A stretch of DNA of 64,000 bases from Pseudomonadota bacterium (GCA_039190005.1 JBCCYM010000002.1:10285-74284), one strand, 5' to 3'; counted from the first letter of the stretch, positions 40,918-52,048 are shown. The notes: generated from the letters alone by a model not told the origin. Numbers and translations: made by a program.

Positions 40918-42341
40918 AATCCATGTTAACAGTGACCATTCCGGTATCAACAATAGAGCGTGCGCGGCAACATATTGCCGAAGTTGCCCATCAAGCGGAT
41001 TTGCTTGAGATAAGATTAGATTATTTAAAAAATCCTGATATTGAGGCATTAAAAAAACTAACAGCTGATATAACTCTGCCTTATATCTTAACCTTGCGCA
41101 GTAAACAACACGGTGGATTATTTTCTGGCGATGAAACGACACGCTTACATTTAATTAAAACCTTATTAGCAGCCAAGCCCGATTATTTGGATCTTGAAAT
41201 TGATGTAGAAGATCGTTATATCGACGAAATTCATGCCCAATATCCGGAAGTAAAGTTAATACGTTCATGTCATGATTTTAAACACACACCTGAAGATTTA
41301 TCTGCCATTTTAGAAAGAATGCGTCATCCGGCGATGAGTGTTTACAAAATAATTACCTATGCCAATTCCTCGCTTGATTCATTGCGTATGATGAATTTTG
41401 TCAAGCAACAATCCTCGCAACATCACATTGTTGGCCACTGTATGGGCGAAGAGGGGGTATTTAGTCGTATTGCCGGCGCGGTGATGGGTAATCTATGGAC
41501 TTATGTGGCTGTTGATACTGAGTCCGCAGTGGTAAGCCATCAATTGACCTTGTCTGATTATCACAATATTTATTTTTTACACAAAAAAAATAGCGATACA
41601 AAATTATTCGCCTTGCTTGGTGATCCAGTTATTTATAGTCTGGGCCATATTTTTCACAATAAAAACTTTGATCAACATGACATCAACGCGCTTTATTTAA
41701 AAATAAAAGTGTCGTCTGAACAATTAACGTCGCTTTTTGCCTTAATCAAAACACTGCCTTTTTTTGGTTTTAGCGTGACAACGCCGTTGAAACAAGAGGT
41801 GTTACCTTATGTCCGTAATCTTTCCGGTTTGCAGGCGGTGAATACACTTTCGGTTGAAAACGGTGAGATTTCGGCCATCAATACTGATGGTTTGGGGACG
41901 CTGGACGCGATTGAAGAAATTGTTAAAGTAAAAGATAAGAAAGTATTATTACTCGGTGCCGGTGGTGCCGCGAAAGCGATTGCGCAAGCCGCTCATGATC
42001 GTGGCGCCGATATGACCATTGCCAATCGAACATTTGCCAACGCTGAGAAAATAGCGCGACTGTTCCCCGCTAAAATTATTGATTTTTCAGTGGAGGATAA
42101 CACGCTTTATGACATTGTCATCAACGCTTTGACTTTAAATGTCTTTGAGCAAGCGACATTTATTGACTGGCTAAGCCATATTTTACAGCGGCAACCTTTG
42201 GTGATGGATGTTAATTATAACCGTGCCGATAATCCACTGTTAAGCCTATGCGAAAAATATAACTGCCAGGTCATTCGTGGTGAAAAAATGTTTGTTAACC
42301 AAGCATTGGCACAATATCGCTATTGGTTTAATAAGCAATAA
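40914..42341 (+). CDS. Bifunctional type I 3-dehydroquinate dehydratase / shikimate 5-dehydrogenase (AroD-AroE fusion)
   Basis: The N-terminal half (LLEIRLDYL...LTLRSKQHGG) is a type I DHQase. The C-terminal half (VLLLGAGGAAKAIAQAAHDRGADMTIANRT) is an NADP-binding shikimate dehydrogenase. Length is 475 aa. Confidence 0.85.
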   Translation: MKSMLTVTIPVSTIERARQHIAEVAHQADLLEIRLDYLKNPDIEALKKLTADITLPYILTLRSKQHGGLFSGDETTRLHLIKTLLAAKPDYLDLEIDVEDRYIDEIHAQYPEVKLIRSCHDFKHTPEDLSAILERMRHPAMSVYKIITYANSSLDSLRMMNFVKQQSSQHHIVGHCMGEEGVFSRIAGAVMGNLWTYVAVDTESAVVSHQLTLSDYHNIYFLHKKNSDTKLFALLGDPVIYSLGHIFHNKNFDQHDINALYLKIKVSSEQLTSLFALIKTLPFFGFSVTTPLKQEVLPYVRNLSGLQAVNTLSVENGEISAINTDGLGTLDAIEEIVKVKDKKVLLLGAGGAAKAIAQAAHDRGADMTIANRTFANAEKIARLFPAKIIDFSVEDNTLYDIVINALTLNVFEQATFIDWLSHILQRQPLVMDVNYNRADNPLLSLCEKYNCQVIRGEKMFVNQALAQYRYWFNKQ

Positions 42342-42387
42342 AACAACAGATTATTACCTATTTTTTTAAATTATCGGAGATATTATT

Positions 42388-43674
42388 ATGTCTAATTATC
42401 ACATAAAAGCTAGTCAGTTATCGGGTAGCATTGCTATACCGGCGTCAAAATCACAAAGCATTCGTGCTATTTTATTCGCGACAATGGCAAAAGGTGTCAG
42501 TACGGTTGAAAATTATTTAAACTCACCCGACATCAAAGCGATGGTATCCGCTTGTCGTCAACTTGGTGCTGAAATAGAACAACAGGATAATAAATTATTA
42601 ATAACAGGTGTTGATGGTAACCCGAACACGCCTGATGATGTCATTGATTCGGGTAACTCAGGACAAGTGTTGCGATTTGTCGCTTGCCTTGCCGGTTTGC
42701 AAGATCACTATGTTGTCTTAACCGGTGATGCTTCTATTCGTCATAACCGACCGGTTCAACCTTTGTTGGAAGCCTTGCCTAAATTAGGGGTGCAGTGTGA
42801 ATCCTTGCGCGGTGATGGTTACGCGCCACTGATTATCAAAGGGCCATTTCAAGGCAGTGAAACAACGTTAAGTGGTGAAGATTCACAACCGGTATCTGGC
42901 TTATTAATGGCGCTTGCTTTTAAACAAGGTGTTTCCACCATTACCGTTCGCAATCCAGGTGAAAAACCATGGGTAAATTTAACCTTGAAGTGGTTTGATC
43001 GCTTTGGGATTTCCTATAAAAATGATAATTTCGCCAATTATCAAGTCACCGGCAAAGCGCGAATTTCGGCATTCAATTATCGTGTGCCCGGTGATTTGAG
43101 TTCTTTAGCCTATCCATTGCTTGCTGCGTTGGTCACGCATTCTGAAATTACCATTACCGATGTCGATATGAATGAACCGCAGGGTGATAAAGCGATTGTT
43201 GAGGTCTTCAGAAAAATGGGCGCGAAGATTAGTATGAATGAACAGGAAAGAACCTTAACTGTCCATAAAATAGACTTTTTGCAAGGCATTGAAGTCGACG
43301 TCAATAATTTTATTGATTGCGTGACCATTATTGCTGTAGCGGGTTGTTTTGCTCAAGGCACAACAAAAATTACTGGCGCCGAGATCGCACGGACAAAAGA
43401 ATCCGATCGCATTTCGGCAATTACCCGTGAATTGAAAAAAATGGGCGCGAATATAGAGGAGTTGCCTGATGGATTAATTGTGCAGCAATCACAGTTACAC
43501 GCGGCAAATGTTGATAGCTATCATGACCATCGCATCGTCATGTCGCTAGCGGTTGCCGCGCTGACTATTAAAGAAGAAACGATTATCCATGATGTTCGCT
43601 GTGTGCAAAAAAGCTTCCCTAATTTCGATGGTATTTTTCAGTCATTAGGAGGGAATATAGTCAGTGAAGCTTAA
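42388..43674 (+). CDS. aroA: 3-phosphoshikimate 1-carboxyvinyltransferase (EPSP synthase)
   Basis: Starts IPASKSQSIRAILFA and carries the LGNSGQVLRF-like motif (SGNSGQVLRFVA). Length 428 aa. Confidence 0.95.
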   Translation: MSNYHIKASQLSGSIAIPASKSQSIRAILFATMAKGVSTVENYLNSPDIKAMVSACRQLGAEIEQQDNKLLITGVDGNPNTPDDVIDSGNSGQVLRFVACLAGLQDHYVVLTGDASIRHNRPVQPLLEALPKLGVQCESLRGDGYAPLIIKGPFQGSETTLSGEDSQPVSGLLMALAFKQGVSTITVRNPGEKPWVNLTLKWFDRFGISYKNDNFANYQVTGKARISAFNYRVPGDLSSLAYPLLAALVTHSEITITDVDMNEPQGDKAIVEVFRKMGAKISMNEQERTLTVHKIDFLQGIEVDVNNFIDCVTIIAVAGCFAQGTTKITGAEIARTKESDRISAITRELKKMGANIEELPDGLIVQQSQLHAANVDSYHDHRIVMSLAVAALTIKEETIIHDVRCVQKSFPNFDGIFQSLGGNIVSEA

Positions 43675-44206
43675 ACATATTGCCTTAATTGGTCTGAAAA
43701 GCTGTGGTAAAACGACTGTAGGGCAAGCGCTTGCCAAGCAGCTTGACTATCGCTATAACGATACCGATCAGATCATTGAACATTTATATGTTGATCAAGC
43801 GGGAGAGCGTCTTGATTTTCGATCCATTTATCAAAAATTAGGCAATGATCGATTTCGCCAACTGGAAACGCAAGCAATCGAGCAAGCTGTTGCTAATCGC
43901 GCGCCATCAGTGATTGCCACGGGTGGTGGCAGTTTATTAAATCAGCACAATGTTGAAAAGCTTGTTCAACATAGTGTGATGATTTATCTTAAAGCCAGTG
44001 TTGATACCTTAAAAGAAAGATGGCTAGCACGTCCACCATCGTTTATTAATCCTAAAAATCTATCTGAAGAACTGAGCAACTATTACGCTAAGCGGGCAAA
44101 AACCTATACAGGTATCGCCACTATTACAATAGTGGTTGATGAAAAAACGCCTGATGAGATTGTTACTGATATTATTATGGCACTAAATACTTTAGCTAAG
44201 ATGTGA
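43664..44206 (+). CDS. aroK: shikimate kinase
   Basis: Walker A motif IALIGLKSCGKTTVG. Length 180 aa. It overlaps the aroA stop. Confidence 0.9.
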   Translation: MKLKHIALIGLKSCGKTTVGQALAKQLDYRYNDTDQIIEHLYVDQAGERLDFRSIYQKLGNDRFRQLETQAIEQAVANRAPSVIATGGGSLLNQHNVEKLVQHSVMIYLKASVDTLKERWLARPPSFINPKNLSEELSNYYAKRAKTYTGIATITIVVDEKTPDEIVTDIIMALNTLAKM

Positions 44207-44221
44207 GTGATTTACCACAAT

Positions 44222-44309
44222 TGTCATTCTCGCGCAGGCGGGAATCCAGGGAACAAGCTACAAGCATACACATTGTTCTCCTGGATTCCCGCTTGCGCGA
44301 GAATGACGA
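44222..44309. mobile_element. A NIME/MITE-like element with roughly 30-bp terminal inverted repeats, each itself a dRS3-like hairpin. It is followed by degenerate gaatgac repeats to about 44350.
   Basis: The left end is tgtcattctcgcgcaggcgggaatccaggg. The right end is cctggattcccgcttgcgcgagaatgacga, in inverted orientation. Each end contains ATTCYCGC-N4-GCGRGAAT. It lies immediately downstream of aroK and is a likely operon terminator. Confidence 0.7.
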
Positions 44310-44422
44310 GAGAAATACGGTAATGACGGAGAAAATATGAGAATGACAGTGAGAAATAAGTATGATGAGGAAACGCTATAAGTATAAAACCCATGTAATT
44401 TTTTAAAATAGGTACATTTATT

Positions 44423-45604
44423 ATGAGTGATCTAATCGTAGAAAGACTAAAGCATATTCAGCTATCGCCAGCCATGGCCATAGCGGCTCACGCGACTGAG
44501 CTGAAGGCTGCTGGCATTGATATTATTGATTTAAGTGAAGGGCAGCCTGATTTTGATACACCTGAACATATCAAACAGGCGGGCATTAAAGCCATCACTG
44601 AAAATTTTACCCGTTATACCAATGTCAGTGGCACACTTGAACTGAGACAAGCGATTTGTAATAAGTTAAAGCGTGATAATCAATTGGATTATCAACCCGC
44701 GCAGATTTTAGTGTCTTGTGGCGCTAAACACAGTATTTATAACGCTTATCAGGCATTGCTCAATCCAGATGATGAAGTGATTATCCAAACACCTTATTGG
44801 CCCTCCTATGTGAGTATGGCTTGGCTTGCTCAGGCAAAACCGGTGATTGTGGAAACCTCTTTCGCTCAGAATTACAAAATGACAGCCGAGCAATTGGAGA
44901 AAGCCATTACGCCTAAGACAAAATTGCTTATTCTCTGTAGTCCATCCATCAGTGGTACGGTTTATTCACATGCCGAATTGCAGGCATTGGCAGAAGTGCT
45001 GATAGAGAATCCCCATGTTTATATCATCAGTGATGATATTTATGAAAGCATTTACTGGGCGGATGAGCCCTTTAGAAATCTTGTCATGCAAAACAACGCA
45101 CTTTATGATCGCGCCATTGTGACCAATGGTGTTTCCAAAGCCTATGCCATGACCGGTTGGCGTATCGGTTATGCTGCCGGTCCTCAAACGATTATTGATG
45201 ATATGCGAAAATTGCAATCGCACAGCACTTCAAACGCGACTTCTATTGCGCAAATTGCCGCCCAGGCCGCGCTTGAAGGTTCGCAAGAATGTGTCGCCAA
45301 AATGACACAGGTTTATCATGAAAGACAGAAAATTGTCTTAGCAGCCTTGAATGCTATCGATGGCTTTTGCTGTAATGAAACCCAAGGCGCGTTTTACTTT
45401 TTCGTTGAAGTGTCTCAAGCCATAAAAAAATTCAAGCTTAAAGATGATGTTGAATTTTCACAGCTTTTGTTAAAAGAAGCGAAAGTGACAGTTGTGCCTG
45501 GATCAGGATATGGTTTGCCAAACCATATACGCATTTCATACGCGACAAGTGAGGCATTGCTTATAAAAGCATTGCAACGGATAAAGCAATTATGTCGGAA
45601 TTAA
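44423..45604 (+). CDS. class I PLP-dependent aspartate/aromatic aminotransferase
   Basis: A 393-aa protein. The SKAYAMTGWRIGY motif contains the PLP-binding Lys. The TNPxNPTG-like region reads SPSISGTVYS. Confidence 0.85.
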   Translation: MSDLIVERLKHIQLSPAMAIAAHATELKAAGIDIIDLSEGQPDFDTPEHIKQAGIKAITENFTRYTNVSGTLELRQAICNKLKRDNQLDYQPAQILVSCGAKHSIYNAYQALLNPDDEVIIQTPYWPSYVSMAWLAQAKPVIVETSFAQNYKMTAEQLEKAITPKTKLLILCSPSISGTVYSHAELQALAEVLIENPHVYIISDDIYESIYWADEPFRNLVMQNNALYDRAIVTNGVSKAYAMTGWRIGYAAGPQTIIDDMRKLQSHSTSNATSIAQIAAQAALEGSQECVAKMTQVYHERQKIVLAALNAIDGFCCNETQGAFYFFVEVSQAIKKFKLKDDVEFSQLLLKEAKVTVVPGSGYGLPNHIRISYATSEALLIKALQRIKQLCRN

Positions 45605-45678
45605 AACAATGCGATTATAAAATTGAGAGATTAATAAAAATGTTAACATTCAAAATTAAATCAATACGGTGGGTCATC

Positions 45679-46392
45679 ATGAAGCATGTCATGGTGTCTG
45701 CTTTCTTGTTGAGCGCCTTAGTTACTGTATCAATTCATGCCGCCACAAAGCCATCGACATTAGTTGTCGGCACAACGGGCGATTATCCGCCCTTAACACG
45801 TTATCATCCTGACACGCGGACTTTTAGCGGCAGTGCTATCCAGTTGATTGAAGCGTTCGCAAAAGCCACGCATCGGCGGATTAAATTTGTTCGGACTACC
45901 TGGGTGGATTTATCAAATGATTTGCAGCAGGGTAAATTTCAAATGGCTGTAGGTGGTATTTCATCATCACCTGAAAGAGCTAAGTTATTTCTTATGTCGG
46001 ATCCAGTGTTGCGTTTCGGCAAAGTTGCCTTAGTGCGTTGTGGTGATGAAGGAAAATACAATACATTGAAAAAAATTGATTGTTATCCTACCCGCGTGGT
46101 TGAAAATCTTGGTGGTACGAACGCGCAATTTGCTCATGACCACATAAAAAATGCTGTCTTGATTATTGTGCCAAAAAATGCGTTAACCTTTGACTATTTA
46201 ATCCACAACAAGGCGGATGTTATGTTTACCGATTCAACGGAAGCTATATATCGTCAGCAACAGCATGATGGTTTATGCGCGGTTAATCCTGCAAAACCTT
46301 ATACGAATGAAACTAAGGTTTTTTTATTTAGAAAAAATGAGCAAGCATTGCGGCAACAGTTTAATGCGTGGTTAAAAACACAGCATAAATAA
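45679..46392 (+). CDS. Periplasmic solute-binding protein family 3 (SBP_bac_3). It is an orphan and a candidate cyclohexadienyl dehydratase (PheC-like).
   Basis: Signal peptide MKHVMVSAFLLSALVTVSIHAA, then an SBP_bac_3-type fold (LVVGTTGDYPP...). No ABC permease or ATPase genes are adjacent. It sits next to aro genes and an aminotransferase. The track ORF starts at 45592, overlapping the aminotransferase. Confidence 0.55.
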   Translation: MKHVMVSAFLLSALVTVSIHAATKPSTLVVGTTGDYPPLTRYHPDTRTFSGSAIQLIEAFAKATHRRIKFVRTTWVDLSNDLQQGKFQMAVGGISSSPERAKLFLMSDPVLRFGKVALVRCGDEGKYNTLKKIDCYPTRVVENLGGTNAQFAHDHIKNAVLIIVPKNALTFDYLIHNKADVMFTDSTEAIYRQQQHDGLCAVNPAKPYTNETKVFLFRKNEQALRQQFNAWLKTQHK

Positions 46393-46483
46393 TGTCTCCT
46401 GACAAGCTCAGATTTACATTTTGATAAGCATTAGTTACAATCATGCTAAATCTTAATGTATTTTTGAATAAAATAGGTAAAAA

Positions 46484-47854
46484 ATGAACTCAACGGCTGC
46501 TAATAGTAATAAAAAACTGGTGTTATTAGCCGCATCATTAATTACTTTCATATGTTGTACTGATTTTTCAATTGTGTTTACAATCATCCCTGCCATTCAA
46601 AGAGACCTGGGCGCTAACATGAATCAATCGCAGTGGTTAATGGTTGGTTTTACGTTAACGGCAGCTGCTTTTTTTATTACATTAGGTCGTTTTGCCGATT
46701 TAATAGGACATAGAAAATTATTATTTCTTGGCGTCATCGGCTTTGCTGTGAGTTCACTGCTGGCTGGATTGGCGCGATCGCCGTCCTTATTGGTAACAAT
46801 GCGTTTATTACAGGGGATTTTTGTCGCGGCGGCATTGCCAGCAAGTATGGCAATTATCTCAGACACCTTTCCGATAAAAGAACGCGGTAGAGCTTTGGGC
46901 ATTTTTAACAGTGCAACAGGTATTGGATTGGCGGCTGGGCCAACTATTGGCAGTTTGGTTATATACTATCTTACTTGGCGCTGGGTTTTCTTTCTTAATA
47001 TACCGATTGCAGCCATTGCGTTAGTTGTTGGTCTGGTATCGATTAAAGAATCCAAAATAAGTAAAGTGGCAGTTGATTGGCTGGGGACAGTGCTATTGAC
47101 CATCACAATTGGCGCAATCTTATATGTTATCAGCCAGGTAAGTTATTATGGCTGGCACGGTCTGGTGATGTGGGCGCTGCTTATTTTCTTTGTGTCACTG
47201 ATATTGCTGGTAATTGTGGAGTGTAAAGTAAAACAACAAGTCATACCGTTTAAACTATTTTTGAATAAGGGATTTATTTTAGGCGCGATGCTTTTTTCAG
47301 CGACTGTTGGTTTTGCCTGGTCTGTTATGATGATTATGCCGATTTACCTGCATAAGCAGCTTGGTTTTAGCATTGAAGCCTCCGGTCTACTGATTTTTGT
47401 TATGACCTTGATGACAATTATCGCGCCGATTGTTGCCGGACACTGGTTTGATAAAAAAAATAAAGTTGTTGCCATGCATGTGACTTTTCTGCTTAGCTTT
47501 TTGGGCTTATTGTTATTCGCGATGTTGCAATCGTATGGACCGATGTGGTTACTTATTGCCGGTTTTATTATTTTTGGTTTTGCCTGGGGCGCCGGTAATG
47601 GTATTTCAATACCGTTCGCGCTCGCGGAAGCCGGCGCCGATGAAAATGCCGGTGTGATAGGTGGTGGATTAGTTTGTACACTCTATATTGTGGCAGTATT
47701 TACCTTGACCATATTTATGGCTATTTTTCATCATAGCAGTGCTAATTTACCCTTTGCCATGAGAATGCATCATGGTTTTTATTTTTTAATGGTTTGTTTA
47801 TTGTTTTTTTGGTTGTTTTCGACAGTGAAAGCAAGCGCAACGGTTTCTAAGTAG
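46484..47854 (+). CDS. MFS transporter, DHA2 (14-TMS EmrB/QacA-like) family
   Basis: A 456-aa protein with about 14 hydrophobic segments. [13 protein letters not shown] is the loop 2-3 motif. Confidence 0.8.
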   Translation: MNSTAANSNKKLVLLAASLITFICCTDFSIVFTIIPAIQRDLGANMNQSQWLMVGFTLTAAAFFITLGRFADLIGHRKLLFLGVIGFAVSSLLAGLARSPSLLVTMRLLQGIFVAAALPASMAIISDTFPIKERGRALGIFNSATGIGLAAGPTIGSLVIYYLTWRWVFFLNIPIAAIALVVGLVSIKESKISKVAVDWLGTVLLTITIGAILYVISQVSYYGWHGLVMWALLIFFVSLILLVIVECKVKQQVIPFKLFLNKGFILGAMLFSATVGFAWSVMMIMPIYLHKQLGFSIEASGLLIFVMTLMTIIAPIVAGHWFDKKNKVVAMHVTFLLSFLGLLLFAMLQSYGPMWLLIAGFIIFGFAWGAGNGISIPFALAEAGADENAGVIGGGLVCTLYIVAVFTLTIFMAIFHHSSANLPFAMRMHHGFYFLMVCLLFFWLFSTVKASATVSK

Positions 47855-47865
47855 GTTTTATTTAT

Positions 47866-49059
47866 ATGACAACAACAGATTTAACTTTAATAAAAAAAGG
47901 TTTAGAAGAAATTCTAGTTGAAGAAGAACTCGAGCAAAAACTTAATTCAGGTCAGGTATTGCGTGTTAAAGCCGGATTTGATCCTACCGCACCTGATTTG
48001 CATTTGGGACATACGGTATTAATCAATAAACTAAGACAATTTCAGGATTTAGGGCATCAGGTCTATTTTATTATTGGTGATTTCACCGCGATGATAGGTG
48101 ATCCCACCGGCAAAAATAAAACCCGGCCACCATTGAGCAAAGAAGAAGTGGTGGAAAACGCTAAAACCTACGAAAAGCAGGTGTTTAAAATACTGGATAG
48201 AGATAAAACCGAGATTGTGTTTAATTCCGCGTGGTTGAGTGAATTGTCACCGGATCAACTGGTGCGTTTGGCATCCAATTACACCGTTGCGCGCATGTTG
48301 GAGCGTGATGATTTTGGCAAGCGTTACGCCAGTAATCAACCGATTGCGCTGCATGAGTTTTTGTATCCATTGTTCCAGGGGTATGATTCAGTGGCGCTAG
48401 AATCTGACTTTGAACTTGGCGGCACCGATCAGAAATTTAATTTGTTAGTGGGCAGAGAGTTACAGCGACAACATCAGCAACGTCCGCAAACGGTGCTGAC
48501 ATTGCCGCTGCTGGAAGGTTTAGATGGCGTTGCCAAAATGTCAAAATCGCAGGGTAACTATATTGCCATTGATGACGCGCCGACCGAAATGTTTGGTAAG
48601 CTGATGTCTTTGTCGGATACCTTAATGTGGCGTTATTATGATTTGATCAGTTTTAAAACACCTGATGAAATCGATCAACTAAAACAATCCGTTGCTGATG
48701 GCAAAAATCCACGCGATGTCAAAATCGTATTGGCAAAAGAGATCATTAGCCGTTTTCATAGCAAGATCGATGCTGATGCCGCTGAAGTCGATTTTATTCA
48801 GCGCTTTCAGAAAAACCAGATGCCTGAAAACATTCCCGCAATAAATTTACCGACGGTTAATGGCGAGTTAGGCATAGCGCGACTGTTGAAAGAAGCGCAG
48901 TTGGTTTCCAGTACCTCTGAAGCGAATCGCATGATCAATCAGGGCGCGGTCAGAATAGACGGTGAAAAGATCAGCGATCGCACATTGCAACTAAAATCAG
49001 GCACGCATCATATCTATCAAGTTGGCAAGCGTCATTTTGCTCAGGTAAAATTGGATTAG
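47866..49059 (+). CDS. tyrS: tyrosyl-tRNA synthetase
   Basis: HIGH motif (PDLHLGH), KMSKS motif (KMSKSQGN) and a C-terminal S4-like domain. Confidence 0.95.
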   Translation: MTTTDLTLIKKGLEEILVEEELEQKLNSGQVLRVKAGFDPTAPDLHLGHTVLINKLRQFQDLGHQVYFIIGDFTAMIGDPTGKNKTRPPLSKEEVVENAKTYEKQVFKILDRDKTEIVFNSAWLSELSPDQLVRLASNYTVARMLERDDFGKRYASNQPIALHEFLYPLFQGYDSVALESDFELGGTDQKFNLLVGRELQRQHQQRPQTVLTLPLLEGLDGVAKMSKSQGNYIAIDDAPTEMFGKLMSLSDTLMWRYYDLISFKTPDEIDQLKQSVADGKNPRDVKIVLAKEIISRFHSKIDADAAEVDFIQRFQKNQMPENIPAINLPTVNGELGIARLLKEAQLVSSTSEANRMINQGAVRIDGEKISDRTLQLKSGTHHIYQVGKRHFAQVKLD

Positions 49060-49160
49060 TATCACTTCAACGTGCGAATTTGCGTTGGGTATAGCAAGAT
49101 GGCGATAAATTTGTTACAGTATTCGAAGTTTATCCTGATCTTGAATGAGGAAGCCAGCGC

Positions 49161-50111
49161 ATGAATATGAATTTTTTGGATTTTGAACAGCCGATTGCTG
49201 AACTTGAAGCTAAAATCAACGAGTTAAGATTATTAGGCTCAGACACTGAAATTAATATCGGGGAAGAAATCGCTAAATTACAGAAAAAAAGTGAACAGTT
49301 AACAAAAACGGTTTTTGCTAAATTAACACCGATGCAAATCGTGCAGATCGCTCGTCATGTCAATCGACCGCATACTTCCGATTATATTCAACATATTTTT
49401 ACTGATTTTGATGAATTATATGGCGATCGTCATTATGGCAAAGGCGCGTCGATTATTGCCGGCATAGGGCGTTTAAACGGTTCGCCGGTAATGATTATCG
49501 GCAATGAAAAAGGACGTAAAACCGCCGATAAATTGACACGAAATTTCGGGATGCCGTCGCCGGAAGATTATCGTAAAGCCTTGCGACTGATGCAGATGGC
49601 TGAAAAATTCAAATTACCTATTATTACCCTTATCGATACCCCAGGCGCCTATCCCGGCATTAGCGCCGAAGAACACAACCAGAGTGAAGCAATCGCGCGT
49701 AATCTTATCATCATGTCCAAACTGAAAACACCGATTATTTGTGTGATTACCGGCGAAGGCGGATCAGGTGGCGCCTTGGCGTTAGGGGTGGGAGATAAAG
49801 TTTTTATGTTGCAATATAGTGTCTATTCAGTGATTTCACCGGAGGGGTGCGCGTCGATTTTATGGAAAACAGCCGATCATGCCGCTCAGGCTGCGGAAGC
49901 TTTAGGCGTTACCGCCAATCGGATTAAAAAATTGGGCTTGATTGACGATGTCATCGACGAGCCTTTAGGTGGCGCTCATCGTGATGTGCCGGCAGTGATG
50001 GCTAGTGTTAAACAAATGCTTACTCAAACGCTATCTCAACTGACCATGATGGATGAAGAGGCGTTATTAGCAAAACGTTATCAACGGTTATTGAATTGTC
50101 GTGCCATGTGA
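49161..50111 (+). CDS. accA: acetyl-CoA carboxylase carboxyltransferase subunit alpha
   Basis: [23 protein letters not shown] aligns with the E. coli AccA N-terminus. Confidence 0.95.
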   Translation: MNMNFLDFEQPIAELEAKINELRLLGSDTEINIGEEIAKLQKKSEQLTKTVFAKLTPMQIVQIARHVNRPHTSDYIQHIFTDFDELYGDRHYGKGASIIAGIGRLNGSPVMIIGNEKGRKTADKLTRNFGMPSPEDYRKALRLMQMAEKFKLPIITLIDTPGAYPGISAEEHNQSEAIARNLIIMSKLKTPIICVITGEGGSGGALALGVGDKVFMLQYSVYSVISPEGCASILWKTADHAAQAAEALGVTANRIKKLGLIDDVIDEPLGGAHRDVPAVMASVKQMLTQTLSQLTMMDEEALLAKRYQRLLNCRAM

Positions 50112-51072
50112 TCTTGATGTTGTCGCCGCGTTACAACTTTTTTTAAGCAATATCAATAAAGACGCGCGGTTATGGATTGCTTATAGCGGTGGTGTCGATT
50201 CTCACGTATTGCTGCATGGTCTACACCATTTGCGGCCAAATGTATCTTTAAATGCCATTCATGTGAATCATCAGCTTCAAGCCGTGGCGTCAAGCTGGGC
50301 GGCGCATTGTCAGGACGTTTGCCGGCAATTGGCGATTCCTTTTTATCTTGAAAATGTGAATATCCAGACTAAACCGGGTGAAAGTCAAGAAGCGGTAGCG
50401 CGCCACGCGCGTTATAAACTACTTAAAACCTATGTATCGCCCGGTGATTATTTGCTGACAGCACATCATTTACAGGATCAGGCCGAGACATGTTTATTAC
50501 AATTATTGCGCGGTGCCGGTCCCAAAGGTTTAGCGGCAATGCCAGCGTTGACATCGTTTGCCGATGCCGCCCATCTGGCGCGACCATTGCTTCATGTGGA
50601 TAAACGCATGATAGTCGATTATGCCAGAACCCATCAATTAAACTGGGTGGATGATGCGAGTAATGAAGACGTATCGTATGATAGGAATTTCATACGTCAT
50701 CAAATCTTGCCATTATTGCGTCAACGACGACCAAGTCTTGATAAAGCCTTAGCGCGCAGCGCCCGTCACTGTGCTGAAGCAACCGCATTATCAAACGCGT
50801 TAGCGGAAATGGATTTTGTTGCCATTAAAATAGATGGAGAGCAAGGTATTTCAGCCACACAATTAAAAAAACTATCGGCAATGCGCCAGCGCAATGTCAT
50901 CCGTTACTGGTTGCAACAACAAGGCATTGTATTGCCGAGTGAAGTTAAGATGACACATATTTTGCAGGATATTATTTATTCACGCCATCAAGCGCGTCCC
51001 TGTGTGACTTGGGGAAATTACGCGATTAAACGGGTGAAAGATCACATTTTTTTGTTAGCTGAATCGAATTGA
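50101..51072 (+). CDS. tilS: tRNA(Ile)-lysidine synthetase (short form, 323 aa)
   Basis: PP-loop [15 protein letters not shown]. It has the accA-tilS adjacency seen in E. coli. It lacks the roughly 100-aa C-terminal domain of E. coli TilS. Confidence 0.8.
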   Translation: MPCDLDVVAALQLFLSNINKDARLWIAYSGGVDSHVLLHGLHHLRPNVSLNAIHVNHQLQAVASSWAAHCQDVCRQLAIPFYLENVNIQTKPGESQEAVARHARYKLLKTYVSPGDYLLTAHHLQDQAETCLLQLLRGAGPKGLAAMPALTSFADAAHLARPLLHVDKRMIVDYARTHQLNWVDDASNEDVSYDRNFIRHQILPLLRQRRPSLDKALARSARHCAEATALSNALAEMDFVAIKIDGEQGISATQLKKLSAMRQRNVIRYWLQQQGIVLPSEVKMTHILQDIIYSRHQARPCVTWGNYAIKRVKDHIFLLAESN

Positions 51073-51122
51073 TGCGATAGCCGCGAACGCTTTCGTTATT
51101 TAAGCTTAAAGCCGTAGTTGGC

Positions 51123-51267
51123 GATAAGATGAGAGTGTACTCTTCGACAGGTTCAGGGCAGCAGGCTCAGGGCCCTCAGTCTTAACGTATAAGATGGCTG
51201 AGCTTGTCGAAGCCAGAGCACGTACTTGGAAAACTTGTGATGTTCTTTGACCGGGCTCAGGGACCTT
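51123..51267. repeat. Mosaic intergenic repeat: a family A variant plus a family B unit (cgtataagatggctgagcttgtcgaagcc...)
   Basis: Sequence ctcttcgacaggttcagggcagcaggctcagggccctcagtcttaacgtataagatggctgagcttgtcgaagccagagcacgtacttggaaaacttgtgatg...gggctcagggacc. The family B unit recurs twice at 62535-62720. Confidence 0.85.
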
Positions 51268-51289
51268 AGGCGCCACTGCCGTTTAAGGT

Positions 51290-52048
51290 TTAATGCTGCC
51301 AAACATCAACTCTTGCCGGTGGAAAATTCATGCGGACAATTTTTCTTTTTATTAAGTTAAGATCTGTAGGCATATACGCTTCGTTGTGTTTGAGTCGGTA
51401 GGTAAACTGGATATATTTGCCATCTTTAGGTAAAACAGAGGTGATTTGTTTTAGAATGCCTTGACACATGTGGTAGGGCAGTGAACGCAACGGTAAACTG
51501 GAAATAATGTGTTTAACGCCATGATGATCTTTAATGAGTCTGGATAGCTCTAGCGCGTTTCCTTGAATGACTTTCACTTCGGGAAAATTTAAGCGCAATT
51601 TATCGGCTAAATTGGGGGAATATTCAACCGCAATAATCTGTTTGGGCGGTATGCCCGCCTTGATGAGTGATTTTATCACCACACCGGTACCGGCGCCAAG
51701 ATCAATAATCATATCATTAGGTTTGCAGTCTAGTGTGTGTGATACCATTTCCCGAGTGAGAAATCGTGAGCTGGGGATGACAGAACCGGTGGCGCGTGGG
51801 TTAATAATAAATTCCCTGAGAAATTGAAAAAGATGGGCTTGCGGTTTATATATTTTTTTTAAAAAAAGGTGCGTTTTATGTATAACAGGTATTTTTTTGC
51901 ACGCGAATCTGTAGCAATACCCTAATGACCATTGTAAAGTGCAGTAAATCAGCTCTGATAATTTATATAAAATTCTCAATATCAGGTATTTATTTATCCA
52001 ATTATGCAGTATTTTCCAGGGTGTAGTAATTTCGTAACTGTTATTCAT
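51290..52048 (-). CDS. class I SAM-dependent methyltransferase, phospholipid N-methyltransferase (PmtA)-like
   Basis: FIINPRATGSVIPSSRFLTREMV...DMIIDLGAGTGVVIKSL matches the COG3963/PmtA-type N-terminus. The track ORF probably over-extends at the 5' end, as 51850-52048 is AT-rich and promoter-like, so the true start is likely non-ATG. Confidence 0.6.
   Translation of the reverse strand: MNNSYEITTPWKILHNWINKYLILRILYKLSELIYCTLQWSLGYCYRFACKKIPVIHKTHLFLKKIYKPQAHLFQFLREFIINPRATGSVIPSSRFLTREMVSHTLDCKPNDMIIDLGAGTGVVIKSLIKAGIPPKQIIAVEYSPNLADKLRLNFPEVKVIQGNALELSRLIKDHHGVKHIISSLPLRSLPYHMCQGILKQITSVLPKDGKYIQFTYRLKHNEAYMPTDLNLIKRKIVRMNFPPARVDVWQH

Noticed and set aside
47855-47865. T-box riboswitches upstream of tyrS and serS
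   Set aside because: The intergenic spacers are 11 nt for tyrS and about 18 nt for serS, too short for a T-box leader. Gammaproteobacteria generally lack T-boxes.
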